Positions 6,842 to 17,200 of a stretch of DNA of 64,000 bases are shown piece after piece; position 1 is the first letter of the stretch, and the number at the start of each line of letters is the position of its first letter. Position numbers and translations under genes: made by a program. The notes under the pieces were generated by a model, which did not search any database, had not been told where the DNA came from, and saw only the letters and a program-made list of their open reading frames with translations. This DNA is from Candidatus Aenigmatarchaeota archaeon (GTDB taxonomy: Archaea > Aenigmatarchaeota > Aenigmatarchaeia > CG10238-14 > SpSt-28), in contig JAWBNO010000001.1 in NCBI GenBank assembly GCA_039000725.1, positions 397,152 to 461,151 of the forward strand, given 5' to 3'.

Positions 6842-9430
6842 TTAAGAAATTAAACAAGCAGCCCAACCACAATTTAAGCAATTGACACATCCCGCTTGAT
6901 AAACTAAATTGTTTGATCCACAATTTGGACATTTTTCAATTTTGTTATTAACATCATTAACTTTAATATTATTGGAGTTAATTTCTTTAATCATTCCTGG
7001 CTCTTCTAGTCCAAATTTCTTTAAAATTTTCAAGGTTTCGTTTTTTATAAGTTTCATATATTCTTTGATTCTATTTTCTTCTACATTTCCCTTAACATAT
7101 AAAACTTGCTTTGATTTACTACCTTCTCTATATATTGTTATTCCTTTACAACCTAAGTGATAAGCAGCTATATAGGCTTGTAGAACATCTTCAACAGTTG
7201 CAAAAGAAGGCATATTTATAGTTTTACTAATAGAAGTTGTAATCCATAGTTGTGCTGCGGCTTGTGCTCTAACATGATCCCACCAAGGAATATCCAATGC
7301 AGTAACAAAAATTTTTCTCATTTCTTCTGGTATTTCTTCTATACCCTGTACACTACCGGCGTTTTCTGCAATTTTTCTAAGTAGTTCTTCTGAATAAAGC
7401 CCAATTTGTTTCAGCTGTCTTTCAAATTCTATGTCTGTATAGAAGAAACTACCAACGGTAACCCTTTTCTCAAAGACTAAAGAAAATTGTGGTTCTATAC
7501 CACTAGAAACATCAAAAAACATGGAAATAGAACCAGTTGGAGCTATTGAAGTTACTTCAATATTTCTAATTCCATGCTTTATTATTTCTTGTTGTAGTTC
7601 TTCCCAATCTAAGTTCCATATTTGAGGATGGTAAAATCCTTCAATTGGCATTTCTCCCTTTTTATAAGATGTCTTATCATAATAAGGAAAAACTCCTCTT
7701 TCTTTAGCTCTTTCTACAGAAGCTTTCATTGCATAGTATGTTAAAAATTCAGATACTCTTTCTATAAATTTAAATCCTTCTTCAGAGCTATATGGGATTT
7801 TTAAGGCAAACATTGCATCTGCTAAGCCCATATATCCTAAACCAATTCTTCTAACAGCTTTGCTAGCTTTATCAATTTTTTCTATTGGATATTTATTTAC
7901 ATCGATAATGTTGTCTAAAAACCTATAAGCAACTTCAATAGTTTTTCTATAATTTTCCCAATCAAAATATGCCTCTCCTTTTTCATCAAATTTAATAAAA
8001 GCATAAAGGTTTATTGATCCTAAATTACAAGATTCATATTCATATAAAGGCTGCTCACCACAAGGATTAGTTGCTCTTATTAATCCTCTAAATTCTTTTT
8101 GAACATTCCTTCTATTAATATTGTCTAAAAATAGAACACCAGGGTCTGCGGTTTTCCATGCCATTGTTGCTATATCATTGAGTAAAATTTTTGGGTCTAT
8201 ATAGTTGACAACCTTTCCATTTCTCGGGTTTATTAAAGCATATTTTTCACCTTTTTTATATGCTTCCCAGAATTTTTCATCAAGCATAACAGAAATATTG
8301 AAATTTTCAAATTCTCCTTCTTTTTCCTTAGCATGAATAAATTTTAAAATATCAGGATGCCAGCTTTCTAGAATTCCCATATTTGCTCCTCTTCTTTTTC
8401 CACCTTGTTTAACAACTTCAGTTACAACATCTATAATTTTCATGAAACTTACAGGACCACTTGCAACTCCTGTAGTACTAGCAACTATATCTCCTTCTGG
8501 TCTTAGTTTAGAATAATTTATTCCTACGCCACCACCAGATTTAAATATCAACGCACATTCTTTAGCAGCTTCCATTATACTTTCCATGTTATCTTCAATT
8601 CCAATAACAAAACAAGCAGATAATTGACCTAATTTAGCTCCGGCATTAAATAATGTTGGAGAATTAGGTAGAAATCTTTTACTTACCATTAAATCAAAGT
8701 ATTCTTTAAAATTATGGTAATATTCATTAAATTCCCCATTTTTTAACATTTCTAAAAATTTAGACCAACTTACTTTCATTTTACCTTGTTGATTTAGTTC
8801 ATCGTATAAGCTTTTCATTCTTTCTAAATGATATCTATTCCAAAATATTTTTTCATCATTGTTAAAGAATCCAAGTTTCTCTTCATATTCTTCAGCATTA
8901 AATTCTTCTTTTTCCCAAATTCTTTGTTTACCTTCTTTATCAAATACTCTTTTATCATAAATTATATCTGGAATAACAACTAGCATAGCAACTCTTTCAA
9001 ACATTTGTTTAGGTCCCTCAACCAACTTACCTTCCTCATTTTTTAGTAAGTATCTGCTCGCGATAAGCCTTAAAGCGTTTGTTGAAAACTTTTTAGCTAC
9101 TTGTTCCTCGTAAAAACCTTGTAAAATGGAAATTTTTTCATTTCTTATTTCTTCTTTTTTCTTTCTGTAAGTAATATAAGCTTTAGCAGTTTTATAGTGT
9201 CCATTTTCTACCAAAACTTTTTCTACTAAATCTTGAATTTGTTCTACATTTGGGATTTCTCCAGGTTTAATTTGTTTTTCTAAAATCTCAACAACTTTAT
9301 CAGCAAGTTTATAGGCAAGTTCTTTATCTTTTCCCCCAACAGATTGAGCAGCTTTCCAAATAGCTTCTGCAATTTTTGTTTTATCAAATGGAACTATTCT
9401 TCCATCCCTTTTTCTAACTTTTTCTATCAT
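6842..9430 (-). CDS. nrdJ: Adenosylcobalamin-dependent (class II) ribonucleotide reductase with N-terminal ATP-cone and C-terminal zinc ribbon
   Basis: VRKRDGR ATP-cone, PNSPTLFNAG, LSACF, QGGKRRGANM, TNPCGEQ, IAPTGSIS and terminal CPNC...CLNCGWAAC. Confidence 0.93.
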   Translation of the reverse strand: MIEKVRKRDGRIVPFDKTKIAEAIWKAAQSVGGKDKELAYKLADKVVEILEKQIKPGEIPNVEQIQDLVEKVLVENGHYKTAKAYITYRKKKEEIRNEKISILQGFYEEQVAKKFSTNALRLIASRYLLKNEEGKLVEGPKQMFERVAMLVVIPDIIYDKRVFDKEGKQRIWEKEEFNAEEYEEKLGFFNNDEKIFWNRYHLERMKSLYDELNQQGKMKVSWSKFLEMLKNGEFNEYYHNFKEYFDLMVSKRFLPNSPTLFNAGAKLGQLSACFVIGIEDNMESIMEAAKECALIFKSGGGVGINYSKLRPEGDIVASTTGVASGPVSFMKIIDVVTEVVKQGGKRRGANMGILESWHPDILKFIHAKEKEGEFENFNISVMLDEKFWEAYKKGEKYALINPRNGKVVNYIDPKILLNDIATMAWKTADPGVLFLDNINRRNVQKEFRGLIRATNPCGEQPLYEYESCNLGSINLYAFIKFDEKGEAYFDWENYRKTIEVAYRFLDNIIDVNKYPIEKIDKASKAVRRIGLGYMGLADAMFALKIPYSSEEGFKFIERVSEFLTYYAMKASVERAKERGVFPYYDKTSYKKGEMPIEGFYHPQIWNLDWEELQQEIIKHGIRNIEVTSIAPTGSISMFFDVSSGIEPQFSLVFEKRVTVGSFFYTDIEFERQLKQIGLYSEELLRKIAENAGSVQGIEEIPEEMRKIFVTALDIPWWDHVRAQAAAQLWITTSISKTINMPSFATVEDVLQAYIAAYHLGCKGITIYREGSKSKQVLYVKGNVEENRIKEYMKLIKNETLKILKKFGLEEPGMIKEINSNNIKVNDVNNKIEKCPNCGSNNLVYQAGCVNCLNCGWAACLIS

Positions 9431-9482
9431 TTTGTGCACCAAGAAGTAACTTAAGTTTCTTTCCTATTTTAAATTTTTTTAT

Positions 9483-9719
9483 TTACTTGTTTATAGATTT
9501 TGAAGAATATGAAAAAACATCTAGAGTAATTAAGATTATGTTACTACCTCTTATTAAGTAACAATTGTTGTCATCATCGCATAAAATTATATTTCCTACA
9601 CCACCATGTTTACTTTTTTCTACTTTTTCTAATCTTCCTTCTATTTCACTATCATCTATAGTTTTTACTCTTACTTTTTTACCCTCATATCTTCTTAAAT
9701 ATGAAATCACGTCATTCAT
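9483..9719 (-). CDS. Sm-like (LSm/SmAP) protein
   Basis: Sm1 GKKVRVKT...EGRL...NIIL and Sm2 LIRGSNIILI. Confidence 0.8.
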   Translation of the reverse strand: MNDVISYLRRYEGKKVRVKTIDDSEIEGRLEKVEKSKHGGVGNIILCDDDNNCYLIRGSNIILITLDVFSYSSKSINK

Positions 9720-9742
9720 ATTTAAATTAAACTTAAAAACTA

Positions 9743-12397
9743 TTAACCCTTTTTTAATCTTTCTTCAATTTTTTTATGCAATTCTAGAAGCAATTTTTTC
9801 CTATCTTCCATTAAAACCACATCGCTTTCACTTAAAGCAAACAAGTTATGTGCAAAAGGAGAAGGAACATCTAAAATAGGTAAAAATTCTAATTTTATTT
9901 TTCCTTTTTCTATATCTTCCAAAATTTTTTTAGAATTCTTTACATCCATAAAATCTTCTAGAATTTCTCTATAGGTTTCTTCTAAAACTGGAAATCTCTC
10001 TAGATTTTTAACAATTTTTATAAGTTTTTCTGCATTTATTTGCTGTTTTTCTATAGAGATTTCATGTCCCTTATAATTTCTAAGAATCATTAGACTTCTA
10101 GTGGCAACATGTCTAAACTTTCTTTTGAGGAGTTCAGTATTTATTAAAGATTTCTTTAATAGATCTTCAAAATTTTTACTATTAACTAATTTAATTACTT
10201 TTTTCGAATCAATTAAAGGTTTAGGCTTTACTAATATCCAACCCTTTTCTTCTAATGGTATAGAAAGAACAAAACCGTTATCATTAATAGCAATTCCTAT
10301 TCCTTTTCCAACTTTTTTCATTAAAGCATAACCATAAGCTCTACTTAATGCATCATTAATTCTTCTTCCAAATAAAGTGTGAAATATTATATGCTGGTAA
10401 TTGTTTTCAATCACATTTTCTATCAAAATTGTTTTATTACTAGGAAGATTTTTTATACCATATTTTCTTAAAAACTCTAACTCTAGCTTTAAATAATTAT
10501 AAACATTCTTAGCCACATTTTCATTTGCCAAATATTCTTTTTTTAAATAATTAATAACTTCTTTTTCTCTTTTTTTCTCAATCATTTTCATGATTTTTTC
10601 TCTGAATTTAGCAATTTCTAATGCTAAATCATAATTTAAAGGCAATTGCTCGCTAAACCAACTTGGTATAGTCGGTCTTTTTTCTTTGGTAGGTAAAACA
10701 TAACAAGTACTTTTTTTAGCTTTGACAAATTCATAAGTTTTTCCACCAAGAACAAAAATATCCCCCTTAACTAATCTTTCCAAAAAACCTTCTTCTATAA
10801 AACCTACAAATTTTCCATCTAAAGTTTTAACTTTAATTTTTACTTCATCTGGTATTGTACCAACATTTAAAGTATAAATAACTCTTGCATATTTTCCCTT
10901 TCTACCAAATTGCATGTTTTTTTCATCTAGCCAAATTTTTCCATAGACTTTATAATCCTCTAAAGTATGATATTTACCTGCTAAATATTCTAGAACTCTA
11001 TAAAAAGTTTCAAAAGATAGATTTGAAAAAGGATAAGCCCTTTTTATTAAATTGTAAGCTTCATTTACATTCCATTTCTTTTCTAAAGACATTCCTAATA
11101 AATGTTGAGCTAAAACATCTAAGCAATTTTTAGGCATTTCAAATCTATCTAACCAATATTCATAACATTTTTTTGTCATTACTAAGCATTCTATTAAATC
11201 ATCTCTATCTAAGCAAATTATTCTTCCTTTAGAAATTTCTTTTAATGAATGCCCTGCTCTTCCAATTCTTTGCATCAATCTTGAAACACTTTTTGGAGAG
11301 CCAATTTGAATGACTAAATCAATATATCCAATATCTATTCCCAATTCTAAGCTTGTGCTAGATATAACAACCTTTAACTTACCTTCTTTCAATCTATTTT
11401 CAACATCAAATCTAATGTCTCTACTTATACTTGAATGGTGGACTCCAGTTACTTCATCTAAATATTTAGAGGGAAATAATTGTTTTAGATGATAATGAAC
11501 TCTTTCTGCACCACTTCTCGTATTTGTAAAAACTAATGTTGTTCTATGTTTAGAAATTAATTCATCCAAAGTTTTATATAAACTTTTATTTATTTCATCG
11601 GCAGAAGAAAATAGTAAATCATTTGAAGGAACAATAACTTTTATATCTATTGGTTTAACAAATCTAGCATCAACTATATAACATTCTCTAGGTTTACCAT
11701 TTTCAATACCAACCAAAAATTTTGCAGCCTCTTCTAAAGGTTCTAGGGTAGCTCCCGCACCGATTCTTACAAATGGTTTTTCAACATAATTTTGTAATCT
11801 TTCTAGGGAAATTGTTAAGTGTATACCTCTTTTTGAATTTGCTAATTCATGAATTTCATCTAATATTACCCATCTAACTTTTTTTAATTTTTCTTTGAAT
11901 TTTTTAGTTGAAAGAATTATTGCCAATGTTTCTGGTGTAGTTATTAATATGTGAGGAGGATATTTTAGTTGTTTTTGTTTTTCGCTAGCTAATGTATCTC
12001 CAGTTCTAATTCCAACTCTTATTTCTTGTAAATTAATTCTTTTTTTCTTAGCAATTTCTTCTATACCTTTTAAAGGAATAAGTAGGTTCTTTTTTATATC
12101 ATTTGCTAATGCCCTCAAAGGAGAAACATATATACAATAAACATAATCTTCCAGCTTATTCTCTCTTGCAAGCCTAATTAATTCATTTATTATAGAAAGA
12201 AAACAAGCCAAAGTTTTTCCAGAACCTGTTGGAGCAGTTATCAATGTATTTTTTCCTTCATGAATTAATTTAATTCCAAATAATTGAGGTAAAGTAAATT
12301 TTTTAAATGTTTTTTTAAACCATTCTCTAACACAATCTTCTAAAATTAAAAATATTTCTTTTTCTTTTACTTGCTGGTTAATGGGTTTTACTAACAT
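9743..12397 (-). CDS. lhr: Lhr family ATP-dependent helicase
   Basis: APTGSGKT, TTPET, DEIH, HHSS, SSLELGIDIG, QRIGRAGH and IPSWFSE motifs; start probably ATG 12397. Confidence 0.93.
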   Translation of the reverse strand: MLVKPINQQVKEKEIFLILEDCVREWFKKTFKKFTLPQLFGIKLIHEGKNTLITAPTGSGKTLACFLSIINELIRLARENKLEDYVYCIYVSPLRALANDIKKNLLIPLKGIEEIAKKKRINLQEIRVGIRTGDTLASEKQKQLKYPPHILITTPETLAIILSTKKFKEKLKKVRWVILDEIHELANSKRGIHLTISLERLQNYVEKPFVRIGAGATLEPLEEAAKFLVGIENGKPRECYIVDARFVKPIDIKVIVPSNDLLFSSADEINKSLYKTLDELISKHRTTLVFTNTRSGAERVHYHLKQLFPSKYLDEVTGVHHSSISRDIRFDVENRLKEGKLKVVISSTSLELGIDIGYIDLVIQIGSPKSVSRLMQRIGRAGHSLKEISKGRIICLDRDDLIECLVMTKKCYEYWLDRFEMPKNCLDVLAQHLLGMSLEKKWNVNEAYNLIKRAYPFSNLSFETFYRVLEYLAGKYHTLEDYKVYGKIWLDEKNMQFGRKGKYARVIYTLNVGTIPDEVKIKVKTLDGKFVGFIEEGFLERLVKGDIFVLGGKTYEFVKAKKSTCYVLPTKEKRPTIPSWFSEQLPLNYDLALEIAKFREKIMKMIEKKREKEVINYLKKEYLANENVAKNVYNYLKLELEFLRKYGIKNLPSNKTILIENVIENNYQHIIFHTLFGRRINDALSRAYGYALMKKVGKGIGIAINDNGFVLSIPLEEKGWILVKPKPLIDSKKVIKLVNSKNFEDLLKKSLINTELLKRKFRHVATRSLMILRNYKGHEISIEKQQINAEKLIKIVKNLERFPVLEETYREILEDFMDVKNSKKILEDIEKGKIKLEFLPILDVPSPFAHNLFALSESDVVLMEDRKKLLLELHKKIEERLKKG

Positions 12398-12580
12398 AAA
12401 AATTATTTTTTGTGTGAATTTATTGTTTTTGACCAGTTTTGTTTTTTCGACCATTTTGAAAACTAAACATTTTAAATAAATATTCTATATTCTTCCTGAA
12501 TATTTTTATTGTTTCCATTCTCTTTAAGTGGGTTTTAATTTTTTAGTCTCAAAAAAATTCTTTCGTAGACTATGCGTTTT

Positions 12581-12720
12581 GAATCACGCCTTTCTGAACC
12601 TAAAAATTTTTAAATAATCCTTTTCTTCTCTATTTTAGGTAGATTTTTAGAGACTACCTAAGACAGAGCGATGTTGTAATCTTAAGGTGTATATTCATTT
12701 TGAAGGGCGTAAAAAGATTC
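12581..12720 (+). other. Nested inverted-repeat element (possible structured RNA)
   Basis: GAATC-ACGCCTTTC pairs with GAAGGGCGT-aaaaa-GATTC, enclosing CTCT-a-TTTTAGGTAG / CTACCTAAGA-c-AGAG. Confidence 0.4.
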
Positions 12721-12840
12721 TCTTGTCAAAAAGAAAATAATTAATTGGTAATTGATATTTTGGATAAAAGGTTAAAGCCCAACAGCTCTAAAAAAAGAAT
12801 ACATTTATCATGCAGGCTTTTTAAAGATAAGAAAATAAAA

Positions 12841-14265
12841 TTATGGACAATTGGCAGTAAGAAAACAATTATAACCAGTAAGTGGAGCTGAAACGCACCG
12901 CTCATCACACGTCCCATCAGAACATCTGTAACAGTAGTAGTTGTCTCCACAACCTATACAATTATCATAACTGTAACAACTTACTATTTGTGACGATGAA
13001 TATCCGCATCCCCCACTCGAACAGCTATAATCTCTATATTCTTTATATTCAGTGTCCCTACAATACCAGCCATCATAATTATTGCAATTATATGTTTTAC
13101 TTCCATAACTACTACCACTTGGATAATATTCTACTAAAGTTGTACTACTAGAACAATAATCTGTGTAAGTGTTATAAACATTACAAGTTGAGCTTGTCCC
13201 ACTACAGCCAGTATAATCAGTTACAGTTCCTTGAGTAAATGGATAATCTCCACCATCTGTATCGGTAGATGCCTTTTGTGTACAATCTTCCACCAAAGAT
13301 CCTAAAGAATAAGTACAACTACAAGAAGAAGAAGAAACATAATAATCTAGATAAGAGTATATCTTATTATCACCACCACATACATTTCTACAAATATCTT
13401 GAGTATCACAATTTACAGTAGAATATGTATACACACAAGCGCCATTAGAGCAGTAATAATCTCTATTTTCTGCAGGATCAGAACCGCAACCTGGATTATT
13501 TCCATAATTATGACAACCATCATAACTATTGCAATTTTCTATAGACGAATCAGAATAAGCGCACGCACCATTACTACAGTAATAATCTCTTAAGTATCTA
13601 TAATCTCCACTGCAATAATAATAATCATAACTATTGCAATTTTCCGATTGAATTACCGAGTAAGTGCAATAACCGAAAGGAGCATTACAATAATAATTTC
13701 TATTTTCCCTAATATCTCCAGAGCAATACCAACCATCGGCTTGACAACCTGCCTGAGAACCATAATATACGGCAGTACCCTTTAGGTAAATTTTTCCATC
13801 ACTTGAGTTAAATACTAATAAGTTAATATCATTAGAGGCGTTTCTTACTACAAAATTTTTTGTTGTTATTGATGGGTTATTGTTTTCTACAAAACCACCA
13901 TAAATTTGGCCTAAGGTTCTATTTATTGCAAACAAAATATGTGAGGAATTACCTAAAATAAAACTATTTTTCCACCCACTCTGATAAACAGAGGTAGTTA
14001 TACTAAAGGAAGAAGAATTTAAATAAAGGTTACCCTCGGAACTTACTATTAGCAAATAGGCGTTTTGATCGTTGTAAATAACAAACCATGGAGGATTAAA
14101 ATTTATTCCACAAAATTGAGGGTCCATATTTATATTTAAAAATTCATAATGATGGCTAGTTATAGATTTTTCTTTATCTAATAAATCTGGAATAGCAATG
14201 GGAAAAACGTTTGATAGTAGAAAGAATAAAATGGTAAGTAAAATCAAATTGTAGATAGGTTTCAT
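12841..14265 (-). CDS. Secreted Cys/Tyr-rich repeat protein
   Basis: Signal peptide; repeats of the form NCNSYDxxYCSGDxRxxRDYYCSNGACxY; one DTDGG...TDYC...LVEYY module. Confidence 0.85.
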   Translation of the reverse strand: MKPIYNLILLTILFFLLSNVFPIAIPDLLDKEKSITSHHYEFLNINMDPQFCGINFNPPWFVIYNDQNAYLLIVSSEGNLYLNSSSFSITTSVYQSGWKNSFILGNSSHILFAINRTLGQIYGGFVENNNPSITTKNFVVRNASNDINLLVFNSSDGKIYLKGTAVYYGSQAGCQADGWYCSGDIRENRNYYCNAPFGYCTYSVIQSENCNSYDYYYCSGDYRYLRDYYCSNGACAYSDSSIENCNSYDGCHNYGNNPGCGSDPAENRDYYCSNGACVYTYSTVNCDTQDICRNVCGGDNKIYSYLDYYVSSSSCSCTYSLGSLVEDCTQKASTDTDGGDYPFTQGTVTDYTGCSGTSSTCNVYNTYTDYCSSSTTLVEYYPSGSSYGSKTYNCNNYDGWYCRDTEYKEYRDYSCSSGGCGYSSSQIVSCYSYDNCIGCGDNYYCYRCSDGTCDERCVSAPLTGYNCFLTANCP

Positions 14266-17200
14266 CTAGCCCACCCTTATAATTACGTTTTTATTCACAG
14301 CATCTAATTGTATTCTAATAAAATTGTTAGAATCTGCTATGTTTGAAACAAGAAGATTAGAACTTATATTGACGTTTGTTGCATTAACCCAGTTAACATT
14401 TATTATATTTCTCGAGCTATCGACTATTCTTTGACTACCAATATAATATCCTTGGCTTGAATAAATTGCTTGAGTAGCATTAATATCTCCAACTACATCT
14501 AATTTTTTAATTGGTGAAGTAGTTCCTATACCGACATTACCATTGTACCCCGAGATTACAGGTCCATTACTTCCTAGTTTTATATGGGCTTGAGTGCTAT
14601 CTTGTAAGCCATAAATGCCTAAAGTATTAGCTGTATCGATATCAGTAAGGAAAACATCATCACCTATAATTAAGTTTTGACCTCCTGGGCCAAATACATC
14701 TTGTGCCCTTATAGTTCCAGCAACATCTAATTTATAGCTTGGTGAAATTGTTCCAATACCAACATTACCATAGAAAATTGAATACTTAGTTGAATTATCA
14801 AAAGATGCAATTGGTTCATTACCAATAATCCCGTTGATTTCAAACCTATCTGTCATTAATTCTAGTCTATTAGCCCATCTGTTAAATCTGGATTCTTTGC
14901 CATAGTTAGTATTATAGAATCTTATAAATGGTTGGCCAGAATTATCAGACAATCGAAGATTACCTTTAATATCAAGTTCAGCTTGCGGATTTGTTGTTCC
15001 AATACCAACTTTGCCGAAGAAATAAGTATTTTGATTTATGTCTACTTCCAATGCTGCTTTCCATTGTGAACCATCATAATATGATAAATGAAGTCTATTT
15101 GGTTCACTATAGGTTGATCCTCTTTTCATTAAAGACCAGTAAGTATTTCCCTCTATCCAATTTATAGATCCAGAATCTGCAAGATTACCTCCAGTAGTTA
15201 CAATTTTTATTTGAGGTGAAGCAGTGTTGCTAAGTTTAATATTTCCACTAACATCTAACTTTTCTGTTGGTGAAGTTGTTCCTATACCAACGTTGCCTGG
15301 GAAGTAAACATTTTTAGCTCCCCATCCAACATCTTTACCTATCGTGAATAAACCAGCATTATAGGTAATTGCCGAAAGGCTATGACCTTCATCAACAAAT
15401 GTAATACTAGATGTGTCAAGAGCATTTAAAAGTAGGTTTGTATTAAATCCTCCAGAAGTTTTCCATCCTCCTGTAGCTGGATAATCTTGCGCAAGTGATC
15501 CGACTGCTAATCCATAGGTTGTTGTCCAAGCATTTTCTGTTGCTACTCCTATTCTTGCTCTATCATTAACATCTAATTTTACTTGTGGATTTGTAGTTCC
15601 AATTCCAACTCTATCATTAGCTGAATCTACATATAAAGTTCCACTATCTATATTCATTGGACCAGCAGCAGTAATTTGATTAATATTAGCCAAATTTCTA
15701 GAGCTATCAACTATTTGAGTTGTGCCAATATAATATCCTTGGCTTGAATAAATTGCTTGAGTAGCATTAATATCTCCAACTACATCTAATTTTTTAATTG
15801 GTGAAGTAGTTCCTATACCGACGTTGCCCATAAAATATGAGTTCTCAGTTGCAACACTTCTAAGACTCGCATTTACAATTAGATAATCATAACCTACAGT
15901 TAAGGCGTATCTTCTTGGTTTATCTGTTTCATTCCAGTTTCTAACATATAATATTATTTCATCCTGACCAGCATCATCTCCAGCTTCTAGTATCATTCTT
16001 GATTGAGTCCCAGAAACATTTCCAATTATTCTTAACCAATCATTTGAGTGTGCAGGTAATTCTAAGTAAGCTCCACTACTTCCACCTTGACCCCCACCTA
16101 TTATAAAAGTTCCTGCAACTTTACCAGATATAGTCCCACTCGGATCTAGATAGAATGTTGAATTTTCTCTGTCATAATATATGGAAGAGTTAATATTCCC
16201 AGCAACATCCAATTTTTGAGTTGGTGAAGTAGTTCCAATTCCAATATTTGTTCCTGTATCGTAAATTATCGATTGAGATATACCAGTTGAACTTCTTTTT
16301 ATTAAATAGTTGCTTGATATTGAGCTAATATTTCCACTCCAATATGGATCTGTTTCAGTTAAAGTTGGCCATGCACTTCTACAGTCATTTCCTATACAAA
16401 TTTGAGAAGCTCTTACAGATTGAGTTGCATTTATATTAGTTGCATTAACCCATCTCCACCTATTGGTTAAACTACCTAAATCATAAGTATTATCACTAGA
16501 AGGAATTAAATTAGTTCCAACATTAGCTATATTTTGCAATACTCTTCCAGAAGTTATCACTGTGCTTCCTCCTATATTTAAGTTGCCACTCATAGAAATA
16601 GCTTGTATATTTTCCAGATTTCTACTGCTGTCAACTATTCTTTGACTACCAACATAATATTCAGTTGCATTAACTCTAGTCCCATTCAAAAGAACACCAT
16701 AAATATTTCTAGAGCTATCAATTACAGTAGTACCACCTATGTTTAAGCTACCACTCATTGCAATATTTCCTATATTAGCCAAATTTCTAGAGCTATCAAC
16801 TATTTGAGTTGTGCCAATATAATATCCTTGGCTTGAATAAATTGCTTGAGTAGCATTTATATCTCCAACTACATCTAATTTTTTAATTGGTGAAGTTGTT
16901 CCTATACCGACATTACCTTTTAAATAAATTTGTCCACTCCCCATAAATCTTGCCACTTCAGATGAATAAGCAAGATTTTGACAAGCACCACCTCCACAAG
17001 AATTACCCCAGATAGAAAACCTATCACCAACATCGTCATCTATATACAATCTTAAATCTAAATTCCCATCAGTGGTAGTAGGTACAAATAGGGCAGTATC
17101 ACTACTGTCTGTGTGTAAAGGCGGAACATTAGCTGGAGTATAGGCATCAGTACCTGTTATATATAAAGTTCCTTTTGTATGAAGAGTGCCTTTGGGTGTC

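Noticed and set aside
6842-12397. Possible inteins in nrdJ and lhr (known intein hosts)
   Set aside because: Motifs are contiguous (TNPCGEQ, QGGKRRGAN, SSTSLELG) and lengths are normal
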